Assembly: GCA_049589195.1 (NCBI GenBank)
Contig: JBAWAH010000042.1
Coordinates: 2,354 to 66,353, forward strand
DNA: 64,000 bases
Source: Bacteroidota bacterium
GTDB taxonomy: Bacteria; Bacteroidota; Ignavibacteria; UBA10030; JAHEZR01
Direction: 5' to 3'
How positions within the stretch are numbered: position 1 is the first letter of the stretch; every line of letters starts with the position of its first letter. Below, one piece after another: positions 9,739-18,254 of the stretch. The notes beneath the pieces are model-generated. The model saw nothing but the letters and a program-made list of their open reading frames with translations, made no database searches and had not been told where the DNA came from. Made by a program: the position numbers and the translations under genes.

Positions 9739-11661
9739 ATGAAAATTGTCCGTGCTGCGATTCTCCCTTTTCTTCTCTGCTCAGCTGTCTGGGCACAAGA
9801 TCAACAAAGCGACAGTGCAAAGACATACCAGTTGGGCGAAGTTGTGGTGACAGCAACGCGAAGTCCGATTTCCATCAAGGACTCTCCATCACCCGTAGAG
9901 GTCATTGATGCTCAGCAGATCCAATACGCGAGTGGAAGCACTGTGGCAGATGTTCTTCAAGACTACAGCAGCGTGTTTCTCAAGAACTACGGGGCGGACG
10001 CGGCCCTCAAGACCGTTTCCTTGCGCGGGACGGCTTCAGAACATCTGCTCGTTCTGGTGAACGGAAGCCGATTGAACAGCTTTCAAAATGGCCTCGTGGA
10101 TTTCAGCCTTCTGCCGCTGACTGATGTGGAGCGAATTGAAATTGTCCACAGCGGGAGTTCAGCTCTCTATGGCGCAGATGCCCTTGGAGGTGTGGTCAAT
10201 ATCCTTACTCGACGGCCGAGTTCGGACTTGCACTGGCGTGCGGAGGTCGGCGGTGGATCCTTTGGCTTTCAAAGATACCTCCTCGAAACTCAGGGTCGGC
10301 TTGGCGAACTCGGTTTGCTGGGTGGATACTCAAGCGAGAGAGGTCGCGACGACTTCTCCTTTCACCCTCAGAATGTGGCGGTCGGTGATCTGGTTTCCCG
10401 TCGTCTCAATTCCGACTTCTCGAAGCGTCAGGTCTATCTCCATGGGAATCTCTCAACCGACGAAAACTCTCTCCTGACGTTTTCTGTCCAACATGTCCTT
10501 GCGGACCGTGGAGTACCCGGAGACCTGCAATTTCCGACTCAGGCGGCTCGTCAAAACGACAAGGATGTGAACCTTCTCGTCGGCTATCTCGATAAACATC
10601 TGGACGGTGCTGAGATCACGGTGAACAGCGCATTCCACTACAACCTTGAGACCTATGATGATCCAACCTTTGGGATCAATTCTTACTACAAAACTGTTTT
10701 CTTGAATGTGAATCCTCAAGCCCACATCTTCATCAGCCGGAGCCAAAGGCTTATCTTGGGAGGAGAGCTGGGGAGAGGAGTTCTCTATGGAAACGACTTT
10801 GACGGCAGAATAGCACGAGTTCAAAAATCCGCTTACGCGTCGAATGAATTTCAATTTGAGACTGATCGACCCATGCTGGATAAGATCTCGCTGTACCAAA
10901 CCCTTCGCTACGATGACATCTCAGATGTCGATAATGCATTGACTCCAAAGGTCGGAGTGAACCTGAGGATTCTCAGGGAAGGCGACCTTCGTATCCGTTC
11001 GAGCTTTGGGCGAAACTTTCGCGCACCATCGTTTAATGACATGTACTACCGCGGCTTCAGCAATCCAAGCTTAAAGCCCGAACGATCCACGAGTTTTGAT
11101 CTTGGGTTCCTCTCGACACTTCACTCTTGGGGTGAGCACACGTTTGAGCTAACGTATTTTCATCTGAACACGGAGAATCGTATCCTGTTTGATCCTGTGA
11201 CATTTCTCCCAGTGAACATCGGAGAAAGCAGGTCCACCGGTCTCGAGGCCAGATACCAGGGGCATCTCCTGAACAGGATGATCGATCTCACGCTGAGTTA
11301 CACGCTCGCAGACGCACGCAAGATGAATCGCAGCTCGGACAACGATCAATCATTCGATAAACAATTGTTGTATGTGCCCAGGAATGTTGCTACATTTGAT
11401 TTGGCGTTTCGGCTGGGGCCGGCCGTTCTCAGTCTGACTCAGTCTTATGTCGATCGTCGATACACTACGGAGGATAATTCTCAATGGCTTCCTCCGAATC
11501 AGGTTACGAGTGCTAACATTGTCATCAATGCTCAAATCGATACGCGAAGACTGTTTGTGAAAGCAGAGATTAACAATATCTTTGACAGAGACTACGAGGT
11601 CTTCCAGAACTATCCGATGCCTGGCCGCAATTTCCGGGTCACGCTCGGGTTTGAGTACTGA
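9739..11661 (+). CDS. btuB: TonB-dependent outer-membrane receptor, BtuB-like corrinoid transporter.
   Basis: A signal peptide is present. The TonB box/plug reads TYQLGEVVVTATR. The plug continues ...VLQDYSSVFLKNYGADAALKTVSLRGTASEHLLVLVNGSRLN...IEIVHSGSSALYGADALGGVVNI. The C-terminus is the aromatic barrel ending ...RNFRVTLGFEY. The btuB assignment rests on the upstream cobalamin riboswitch. Confidence 0.8.
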   Translation: MKIVRAAILPFLLCSAVWAQDQQSDSAKTYQLGEVVVTATRSPISIKDSPSPVEVIDAQQIQYASGSTVADVLQDYSSVFLKNYGADAALKTVSLRGTASEHLLVLVNGSRLNSFQNGLVDFSLLPLTDVERIEIVHSGSSALYGADALGGVVNILTRRPSSDLHWRAEVGGGSFGFQRYLLETQGRLGELGLLGGYSSERGRDDFSFHPQNVAVGDLVSRRLNSDFSKRQVYLHGNLSTDENSLLTFSVQHVLADRGVPGDLQFPTQAARQNDKDVNLLVGYLDKHLDGAEITVNSAFHYNLETYDDPTFGINSYYKTVFLNVNPQAHIFISRSQRLILGGELGRGVLYGNDFDGRIARVQKSAYASNEFQFETDRPMLDKISLYQTLRYDDISDVDNALTPKVGVNLRILREGDLRIRSSFGRNFRAPSFNDMYYRGFSNPSLKPERSTSFDLGFLSTLHSWGEHTFELTYFHLNTENRILFDPVTFLPVNIGESRSTGLEARYQGHLLNRMIDLTLSYTLADARKMNRSSDNDQSFDKQLLYVPRNVATFDLAFRLGPAVLSLTQSYVDRRYTTEDNSQWLPPNQVTSANIVINAQIDTRRLFVKAEINNIFDRDYEVFQNYPMPGRNFRVTLGFEY

Positions 11662-11723
11662 CAAAGGTGGTTCTTGATCCCAGTCAAATGGAATAGTCTC
11701 GTGGCTAGGTCCTGAGAAATGGA

Positions 11724-12836
11724 ATGTCATCAGTTCCAGATTCCGAGGTCTTGAGAAGGTTGCAGTGTGCGGCGTTCGACAATCTGGGAAGACTCGTCCC
11801 GCTCCTTCTCGTCATCCTGGTATCTTGCAGCTCGAGCCCGACGGAGGATCTCGGTCCGATTCCCCTCATAACGCAGGGTGTGTATGTTCTGAGCGAAGGC
11901 GTTGCAGGCCAGAACAATTCTACATTGAGTTATTTTGTTCCTGACTCAAACAAAGTGTCGCAAGATGTCTTTCGAGCAGTGAACGGCAGGCCTTTGGGCG
12001 ATGCTGGAAGGGAGATAGTAGTCTCAGGCACATTCGCATATCTTCTAATGAGCGGTTCGAACAAGGTAGAGGTCATGCGGACGTCGGATGATGTCTCAAT
12101 TGCGACAATTTCACTCAAGCCGGGACGGAATCCTTTTGCTTTGGCGGTGGATGGAAGCTATGCGTACGTTACGAATCGTAATCCAGTTGGCTCAGTGACT
12201 GTCATTGACCTGACCTCCAACAGAGTCCTGCGGGATTCGGTTGGTGTCGGTTTCTACCCGGAGGGTCTGACCACAAGCGCAGGGAAGGTCTATGTGTGCA
12301 ATGCAGATCGAGGATCGGGTCGGACGGTTTCTGTCATTGATGAAGGGACTGGCCGTTTGTTGAGGAACATTGTGGTGAGTGATGGGCCAAGCTGTGCCGA
12401 CGTCTCGCCAGATGGGAGCGTTTGGATCTTGTGTACAGGATCATTCGGCGGATCGGGTAGCCCGAATGGTGAGACTCCGGGGAATATCTTCGTTATCGAC
12501 CCAATATACGATGTAGTGGTGGACTCGATTTTCGTTGGTGGTCATCCCTCGGAAATGGCCATTTCACTTGACGGATTTGTCTATGTGCTTGAGGGAAACC
12601 GCGTCCTGAAATATAACGGTCTTGTCGATCAGCTTGTCACATCGGGTCTCGTCATTGGCTCAGTGATCTCGAATTTCTCTGCCATTGCAATTGACCAATA
12701 CACTAACTTGCTCTACATTGCCGATGCAAAAGACTTCGTGCAGAGTGGCGGGGTGGAAGTCTACACGCCTGACGGACTCTCTCAAAGGCGATTCGATACG
12801 GGAGTGGCTCCCGTTTCTATAGCATTCAGAAGGTGA
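11724..12836 (+). CDS. YVTN-family beta-propeller lipoprotein, a candidate BtuG-like surface B12-binding protein.
   Basis: A lipoprotein signal LVPLLLVILVSCSSS is present. YVTN-type repeats recur: SYAYVTNRNPVGSVTVIDLTSNRV, GKVYVCNADRGSGRTVSVIDEGTGRL, DGFVYVLEGNRVLKYN. It is encoded immediately after the riboswitch-controlled btuB. Confidence 0.5.
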   Translation: MSSVPDSEVLRRLQCAAFDNLGRLVPLLLVILVSCSSSPTEDLGPIPLITQGVYVLSEGVAGQNNSTLSYFVPDSNKVSQDVFRAVNGRPLGDAGREIVVSGTFAYLLMSGSNKVEVMRTSDDVSIATISLKPGRNPFALAVDGSYAYVTNRNPVGSVTVIDLTSNRVLRDSVGVGFYPEGLTTSAGKVYVCNADRGSGRTVSVIDEGTGRLLRNIVVSDGPSCADVSPDGSVWILCTGSFGGSGSPNGETPGNIFVIDPIYDVVVDSIFVGGHPSEMAISLDGFVYVLEGNRVLKYNGLVDQLVTSGLVIGSVISNFSAIAIDQYTNLLYIADAKDFVQSGGVEVYTPDGLSQRRFDTGVAPVSIAFRR

Positions 12837-12955
12837 GTTCAAGTGATTGGCGGTTCAGCGTTTTCAAATGTTTGTCTGTTCGATGCAGTGCTCGTAGTTG
12901 CGAAAGTAATCTCTAATCAATATATTTGGTGTTAAATCAATCAACGGAGGTTCTC

Positions 12956-13459
12956 ATGTCATTCCTGCTCGCGGTTCTCCTCATTGCCTTTGCCGCTCTC
13001 TCACGCTTCGTGCCTCATCCGGAGAATTTCACTCCGATAGCCGCCATGGCTCTTTTCGGCGGTGTGTACTTTGGCAAGCGATACGCGTTTGTCGTTCCAC
13101 TCGTGGCGATGGTCGTGAGTGATTACTTTATCGGGTTCCACAACACTGTGCCGTATGTCTACGGGAGCTTCGTTCTAGCGGGGCTCATCGGAATCTGGCT
13201 GAAGAATCACAAGAGCGTTGGCTGGATCGTCGGTGCATCGCTGACAAGCTCTGTGCTCTTCTTTGTCGTCACGAATTTCGGCGTGTGGGTTACTGGTGGT
13301 TACCCTCAGAACTTCGGTGGGCTGGTCGAATGTTATATCGCTGCAATCCCGTTCTTCAGGAATACAGTGCTTGGAGATTTGCTTTATGTCGGTGTCCTTT
13401 TCGGTCTGTATGAATCTGCTCTCCATTTCATGAGACTACGGGAAGCGAAAGAGGCTTGA
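12956..13459 (+). CDS. Small polytopic membrane protein. It resembles the DUF6580 / ECF S-component-like family found in corrinoid-uptake loci (putative).
   Basis: It has 5 predicted TM helices and begins MSFLLAVLLIAFAALSRFVPHPENFTPIAAMALFGGVYFG.... GGAGG sits 6 nt before the ATG at 12956. It is the last gene of the riboswitch-btuB unit. Confidence 0.4.
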   Translation: MSFLLAVLLIAFAALSRFVPHPENFTPIAAMALFGGVYFGKRYAFVVPLVAMVVSDYFIGFHNTVPYVYGSFVLAGLIGIWLKNHKSVGWIVGASLTSSVLFFVVTNFGVWVTGGYPQNFGGLVECYIAAIPFFRNTVLGDLLYVGVLFGLYESALHFMRLREAKEA

Positions 13460-13472
13460 GCGACCATCTGTC

Positions 13473-14648
13473 TTGTTTCCTCACAACGATCGTCGGACAA
13501 GTGTGGAAGCTAAATTAGCTCTCGAAAATGGCACAGTCTTCCGCGGCGAATGTTTTGGCGCCGCGGGAGAAGTGACCGGTGAGGTCGTGTTCAATACCAG
13601 TCTCACCGGCTATCAGGAGATTCTCACCGATCCTTCCTACTGCGGCCAGATCGTCACGATGACGTATCCGCTCATCGGGAACTACGGAATCAATTTCGAT
13701 GATCTGGAGTCAGCGAAGCCGCAGGTCGCTGGCTTCATTGTGAGGGAGTATTTTGATTTCTACAGCAACTGGCGGGCGAAGCAGTCTCTCGGTGATTGGC
13801 TGCGCGAACACCGGATCATTGCCATTCAGGGGATCGACACAAGGATGCTCACGAAGATGATCCGAACGAAGGGAGCGATGCGGGGGATTATCTCCTCGCA
13901 AGACCTGGATGATGAGAGTCTCCTCCAAAAAGCCCGGAGCTCACCCGAAATGGCGGGACTCGACCTGACGAAGGTGGTGACGTGTAAGGAAATGTTCCAC
14001 TGGGAGGCAGTTGATGAGACCCAGTATGGACTTCGTCCTCAGCTCGGCGTCGACACTCAGAATGGTCAGCGGTTCAATGTTGTGGTGTATGACTTCGGAG
14101 CCAAGCATAACATCCTCCGTCGGCTGACAACCTACGGATGCAACCTGACCGTTGTCCCGTCAGACACACCCGCCGAAAGAGTCTTGGGGATGAATCCGGA
14201 CGGGATTTTCTTGTCGAACGGCCCTGGCGATCCCGCCGCAACCAAATATGCGATCAAGTCGATCCGCAAATTGATGGATAAGAAACCGATCTTCGGGATC
14301 TGCCTCGGACACCAACTACTCGCTCTTGCTCTCGGTGGGAAGACCTATAAATTGAAGTTTGGACACCGCGGGGCGAATCATCCGGTGAAAAACCTCCTGA
14401 CAAGCGAAATCGAGATCACGACTCAGAACCACGGGTTTGCAGTCGACTGGAACTCGATGGACGAGCGCACCGTCGAGCTGACACACATCAATCTGAACGA
14501 CCAGACCGTCGAAGGCTTCCGACATCGGGAGCTACCGATCTTTTGTGTCCAGTACCATCCGGAAGCCTCTCCCGGTCCGCACGACAGCGATTACCTCTTC
14601 CGAAACTTCATCGAGTTGATGCAGAAGGCGACAGTGGAAGTCGCCTGA
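13473..14648 (+). CDS. carA: Carbamoyl-phosphate synthase small (glutaminase) subunit.
   Basis: The CPSase small-chain N-domain is present (GEVVFNTSLTGYQEILTDPSYCGQIVTMTYPLIGNYG). The class-I GATase motifs are present: PIFGICLGHQLLALALGG with the catalytic Cys, and ...VQYHPEASPGPHD. Confidence 0.9.
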   Translation: MFPHNDRRTSVEAKLALENGTVFRGECFGAAGEVTGEVVFNTSLTGYQEILTDPSYCGQIVTMTYPLIGNYGINFDDLESAKPQVAGFIVREYFDFYSNWRAKQSLGDWLREHRIIAIQGIDTRMLTKMIRTKGAMRGIISSQDLDDESLLQKARSSPEMAGLDLTKVVTCKEMFHWEAVDETQYGLRPQLGVDTQNGQRFNVVVYDFGAKHNILRRLTTYGCNLTVVPSDTPAERVLGMNPDGIFLSNGPGDPAATKYAIKSIRKLMDKKPIFGICLGHQLLALALGGKTYKLKFGHRGANHPVKNLLTSEIEITTQNHGFAVDWNSMDERTVELTHINLNDQTVEGFRHRELPIFCVQYHPEASPGPHDSDYLFRNFIELMQKATVEVA

Positions 14649-14682
14649 TCGTCCTGACCACTTCTTTTGACCTCCCCTTGGT

Positions 14683-14704
14683 CCCCTCCTTAATTAAGGA
14701 GGGG
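14683..14704. terminator. Bidirectional terminator between the convergent carA and hydrolase genes.
   Basis: A perfect 22-nt palindrome CCCCTCCTTAATTAAGGAGGGG sits between a + gene ending at 14648 and a - gene ending at 14805. T-rich sequence follows. Confidence 0.5.
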
Positions 14705-14804
14705 ATATTAGGGGAGGTTGATTTTTGTTCATCCACAATCAGCTCATCCTCCCGTACTTCCTCAAAACCTCTTCAACCTTCTTCATCGGCACTGCATCAA
14801 CTCC

Positions 14805-15503
14805 TCACGCTGATGACGGTCGAGCATCCTCTTTGGCCAGTTCGGCAACGACAGGCACGCCACGGTGACGGTCTATCCAATATGCCCAGAAGATGATGAT
14901 CAACGCGGCAAGCCCAACGATGCCCATCATGCTTTCGCTGGCAGGCTCTCGGTTGATTGCATTCGCTGCATAGACCAGTGCGAGAAATGTGATGAGTCCC
15001 CAGAAGGCGTAGGTCCCCGTGCGGTCCTTCGCGACGGTGGTGCGTATGTACAGAATTACGCCGACCACGAACATTGCTCCTTCCACCACGACTGTGGCCG
15101 GTACGGAATTCCACAGGCCAAGTCCAACGTAGGCCGACAGGCCCGGCGCTATCGGCATGTCAGGGCCATGTGAGATTGCATCGAGAATCCAATGGCTCAA
15201 GACACAAATCCCCAAGACCCAGGAGCCTTTCCGGTCGCGGCGGATGGCGAAATAGATGAGTCCAAACGCTATTGACCAGGCGATTGAAGTGACAAGGCTG
15301 TGAGAGATCGGATAGTCATAGAAATCGTACGGCGTGAAAGCCGTGTTGCCCGGGTCCGGCCTTACGTGCTCAAGGCCAAGGAGTGCGAGGATCGGAAAAA
15401 GTAGATCGAGGAGTTGCGCCGAGACGAATAGTGTGCCGAGTGATGTTTTCGGTGCTACCTTCTTCGCGGCAAGCGCAACAGCGTAGTGTCCGATGAACAT
15501 TTT
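14805..15503 (-). CDS. Membrane-bound metal-dependent hydrolase, YdjM/DUF457-like.
   Basis: The sequence MFIGHYAVALAAKK...LLDLLFPILALLGLEHVRP...YDYPISHSLV...LSHWILDAISHG carries conserved His residues across 5-6 TM helices. The probable start is the internal Met at 15503, not the track's 15599. Confidence 0.5.
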   Translation of the reverse strand, partial: KMFIGHYAVALAAKKVAPKTSLGTLFVSAQLLDLLFPILALLGLEHVRPDPGNTAFTPYDFYDYPISHSLVTSIAWSIAFGLIYFAIRRDRKGSWVLGICVLSHWILDAISHGPDMPIAPGLSAYVGLGLWNSVPATVVVEGAMFVVGVILYIRTTVAKDRTGTYAFWGLITFLALVYAANAINREPASESMMGIVGLAALIIIFWAYWIDRHRGVPVVAELAKEDARPSSA

Positions 15504-15813
15504 TTCCTTTTGTAATTGATTATCCGGAGTGGCGTCAGCGACCCTTCGCTGACACTCGGGTGGGCCTATGGACGCAGACTCGTTCTTCTTCAAAAACATC
15601 TTTGCTCTTGCACGCCAGCAAGACAGTTGGAAAAACCGGAAACAACTGGAGGAGGATTTGCCGCCTGGTGAGTTGCATGAGTAGGTTGTTCAACTGAGGC
15701 TGTTGACCCGCACCTGACTCCAACCTCTAGCTGGGTGGATTCGGGAAGAAGCGCTATAGATGCAGGGCATGAGCTCGAGGAATCACGCCGTTGCCTTTGA
15801 CGCTATTAACTGC

Positions 15814-16587
15814 TCATTTTCCCGTGTTGTCCGTTACTTGGATGGTGCAGGCGTTCCGATAGAACGGCGGATACTCACTGTTGAGATCGCCCAAGAAGTA
15901 GAAGCCGTACACCAGCTGATACTCACCCGGATCGAAGTCAGCCGCCAACCGTACGAGGCTCTTGCCTCGTTGGAGAGAGTAGTGTTGCTCAAGAACCAAA
16001 TCGATGGAGTCCTGAGATTTCCTTTTGAGGACGGTAAGAATGAAAGGTGTCAACTTGGGCAAAGCGGTGGAATCAAGCACTTCAACTTTCACTTCGATTA
16101 TTTCGTTCCTCGCATAGACAGTTTTGGGGCATTCCGATCTCGCCAGAGTGCCGAGGGGAGCCTCTACATAACCCTTCACAGCGAGTGGAATTCTAAACCA
16201 AGGAACGTTGATCTGGGCGATTGCTGCCAGCCCAATATTAGTGGCGCCATTAGGTGGGTACACTAGCTTCGGTGCAGGTGGTAGAGGGAGTTGGGAGCCA
16301 GGCCCGGCTGGGTTGGTGATTGTTGACTGCATACGATCAGCCAGGAACTTTCCCAGTGATCTCAGGTCTCTAGCGCTGAGTTGCCAAACGACCGTGTCCC
16401 GCGAGTTTGGCTGGTTCGTCACAAATACCTTGGTTGGCTCTTTGCCAGCATTGTACCAAACGTTCAGACCAAACATCACCAAAGCACCGACGACGGTCCA
16501 AAAAGTCCCGGCAAGATACTTTCTCCCAAAGAGGTATCGAACGCCCTTCCTGAAAGCGATAATCAGTTTGTTTGCCTTTTCATTCAT
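15814..16587 (-). CDS. Hypothetical membrane-anchored protein (one N-terminal TM helix, otherwise soluble). It is the downstream partner of the AT-rich gene.
   Basis: A TM helix GTFWTVVGALVMFGLNVWY is followed by a ~200-aa domain with no recognisable motif. The track ORF 15814..16707 overlaps the upstream gene by 80 nt. A more likely start is MNEKANKL near 16587. G+C looks normal, unlike its upstream neighbour. Confidence 0.3.
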   Translation of the reverse strand: MNEKANKLIIAFRKGVRYLFGRKYLAGTFWTVVGALVMFGLNVWYNAGKEPTKVFVTNQPNSRDTVVWQLSARDLRSLGKFLADRMQSTITNPAGPGSQLPLPPAPKLVYPPNGATNIGLAAIAQINVPWFRIPLAVKGYVEAPLGTLARSECPKTVYARNEIIEVKVEVLDSTALPKLTPFILTVLKRKSQDSIDLVLEQHYSLQRGKSLVRLAADFDPGEYQLVYGFYFLGDLNSEYPPFYRNACTIQVTDNTGK

Positions 16588-16627
16588 GGTTGTGGAGGGG
16601 GCGCAGGAAATACGCCGTGCGCGCAAA

Positions 16628-17791
16628 TCATACTTTATCTTCCCCGTTGATTTCGTCGAATGAGGAGTAGATGGATCTCTGGATTGCCATTTCCTTTTCT
16701 TTTTCAAGACGTTCAGATTTGCCAGTTGCCAAGAGCTCAGGGATCAGGTTTATATCATCTTCAATATCGCTCCGTGCAACGTATATCCAAGAGTTTGGTC
16801 TTTTCCTCTCCCTAATACATTCAGGGGAAGGTCCACTTTTGATGGATAGATAAATCTCTTTGAATACATGATTAAGATATGCTTCCTTTTCGCCTGAAAG
16901 ATACGGTAATATTTCTGGTAATATCTGGAGATATGAAAGTGGTGTAGCCCCCACCTGCCTAAAGAAGAAAGGTTTCCTGAAAAGACGAATCTCAACAGGC
17001 TGCGGTATTGTATACTCGCTTGGCAAATAAAAAAGGTCTTCATACTCTTCAAATGGATCAAACTTGATGTCCTTGGATACGAACAATGAGTATCTCATAA
17101 TATTCTTTCCAAACGGATGGCCAGCCAATAATTGAACGATGTAGTTATCCAAGTAGAAGTATGCTCCTTTAAGTTGGGATTCAGCAATATATGCATTTGA
17201 CAATGAGAAGTTCGCTGAGAAAACGTCTTCTTTAGCATTCGCTTTAACGTAGAAAGGTTTTCTAAAACCAGTGGCTAATACTGCTTTTGCTCCGGGAAAA
17301 TAGGAATTATTTTCTTGTCTGTTTATGTAGCTGTACAGCCGTGATACCAATCCAATAAATTTCACGAGCGGCTCAACTGACAAGGTAATCCGAGAATTGT
17401 AGCTCTTCAAGAAAGTTTCTTCGTCCTTCAATTCATCCTTTGAAAAGATTTCTCTTAACTCATTGGCGGACATTCCTCTTCTAATGGCTTGTCCAATAGA
17501 GGGCATGAGGAAATCCGGTAAGTCAATGGTAAGAAAGATTGCGTCATTAATACGCCGTACTTGCAGGTTCGCTGGATAATAATCTGGATAACTCGCTTCT
17601 TCATTCTCCATTAGCATGAGAGCGTCTTCAAGAAACCGCAATCTCTTTATTGCTTCTTGGCCAATATTGGTTCTAATGTCGTATGCTCCAATTTCCAGAT
17701 GGCTGGAAAATCCCAAGAGATCAATAATCGCGGTAACGGTATACTTTATGTCTATATTCTTCTCCAAATGATACTCCTTCAATGATTTCAA
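16628..17791 (-). CDS. Hypothetical 387-aa protein encoded by a strongly AT-rich gene with a TTG start. Weak class-III nucleotidyl-cyclase/palm-like motifs are present.
   Basis: The translation begins (TTG)KSLKEYHLEKNIDIKYTVTAIIDLLGFSSHLEIG... and contains RRINDAIFLTIDLPD about 57 residues later. This loosely resembles the class III cyclase motifs (V..lFxDIvGFT and KTIGDAYM). The nucleotide sequence is visibly AT-rich against GC-rich neighbours. No ATG start is available before residue 59. Confidence 0.35.
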   Translation of the reverse strand: MKSLKEYHLEKNIDIKYTVTAIIDLLGFSSHLEIGAYDIRTNIGQEAIKRLRFLEDALMLMENEEASYPDYYPANLQVRRINDAIFLTIDLPDFLMPSIGQAIRRGMSANELREIFSKDELKDEETFLKSYNSRITLSVEPLVKFIGLVSRLYSYINRQENNSYFPGAKAVLATGFRKPFYVKANAKEDVFSANFSLSNAYIAESQLKGAYFYLDNYIVQLLAGHPFGKNIMRYSLFVSKDIKFDPFEEYEDLFYLPSEYTIPQPVEIRLFRKPFFFRQVGATPLSYLQILPEILPYLSGEKEAYLNHVFKEIYLSIKSGPSPECIRERKRPNSWIYVARSDIEDDINLIPELLATGKSERLEKEKEMAIQRSIYSSFDEINGEDKV

Positions 17792-17969
17792 TTGCAGATA
17801 TTATCTCTTTACACTATTATTGGCGCGCATACTTGCCGGCAGTGGTATTGCCCATAACTACTGCGACTGCGAACAATTTCGTTTAGCATCCCAAAGCAGG
17901 TGAAAAGACGAATGTCGTATGGTTTGGTGGTGCGTAAGGCATGCCGCCTCCGTGACATGTTCACAGAGA

Positions 17970-18150
17970 CCTTCACTCTACGACTCCCAACGGGTCAATC
18001 GGCCCGTCGGGTCGTTGACTTCGAGTCGATAGACTCGTAGAGGTAGGTCTGCTTGAGTGTGTCAAACTTTGACGAAATGTAGAAAAAGAGAAGAGGAAAG
18101 TCAAGCCCACGGTCTACGACTCATCGAGTTGCTAGACTCGTGGAGCTTGT
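17970..18150. repeat. Two related nested inverted-repeat (stem-loop) elements in non-coding DNA.
   Basis: Copy 1 has CTCTACGA...TCGTAGAG enclosing TTCGAGTC-gata-GACTCGTAG. Copy 2 has GTCTACGAC...GTCGTAGAC enclosing TCGAGTT-gcta-GACTCGTGG. There is no coding potential. Confidence 0.35.
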
Positions 18151-18254
18151 CGTAGACAAGAAGAATGATTGAGAAACTCCACCAGCCGGGCAAAGAAGGA
18201 CCAGTGAGGACACTGCCGAAGGCATCGAGATTGTGTAAGAAGTCGTTTTGTCAC

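Noticed and set aside
14805-15599. Track start for the hydrolase gene at 15599, and ORFs 14797..15114 (-), 14865..15173 (+).
   Set aside because: The conserved protein begins at MFIGHYAV (15503). The N-terminal 32 residues look like leader read-through. The overlapping ORFs are alternative-frame shadows.
16628-16707. 80-nt overlap between the two minus-strand genes of the AT-rich pair.
   Set aside because: It is probably an artefact of the most-upstream-start convention. An internal Met (MNEKANKL, about 16587) gives a non-overlapping, more plausible start. I kept this as uncertainty, not as a feature.
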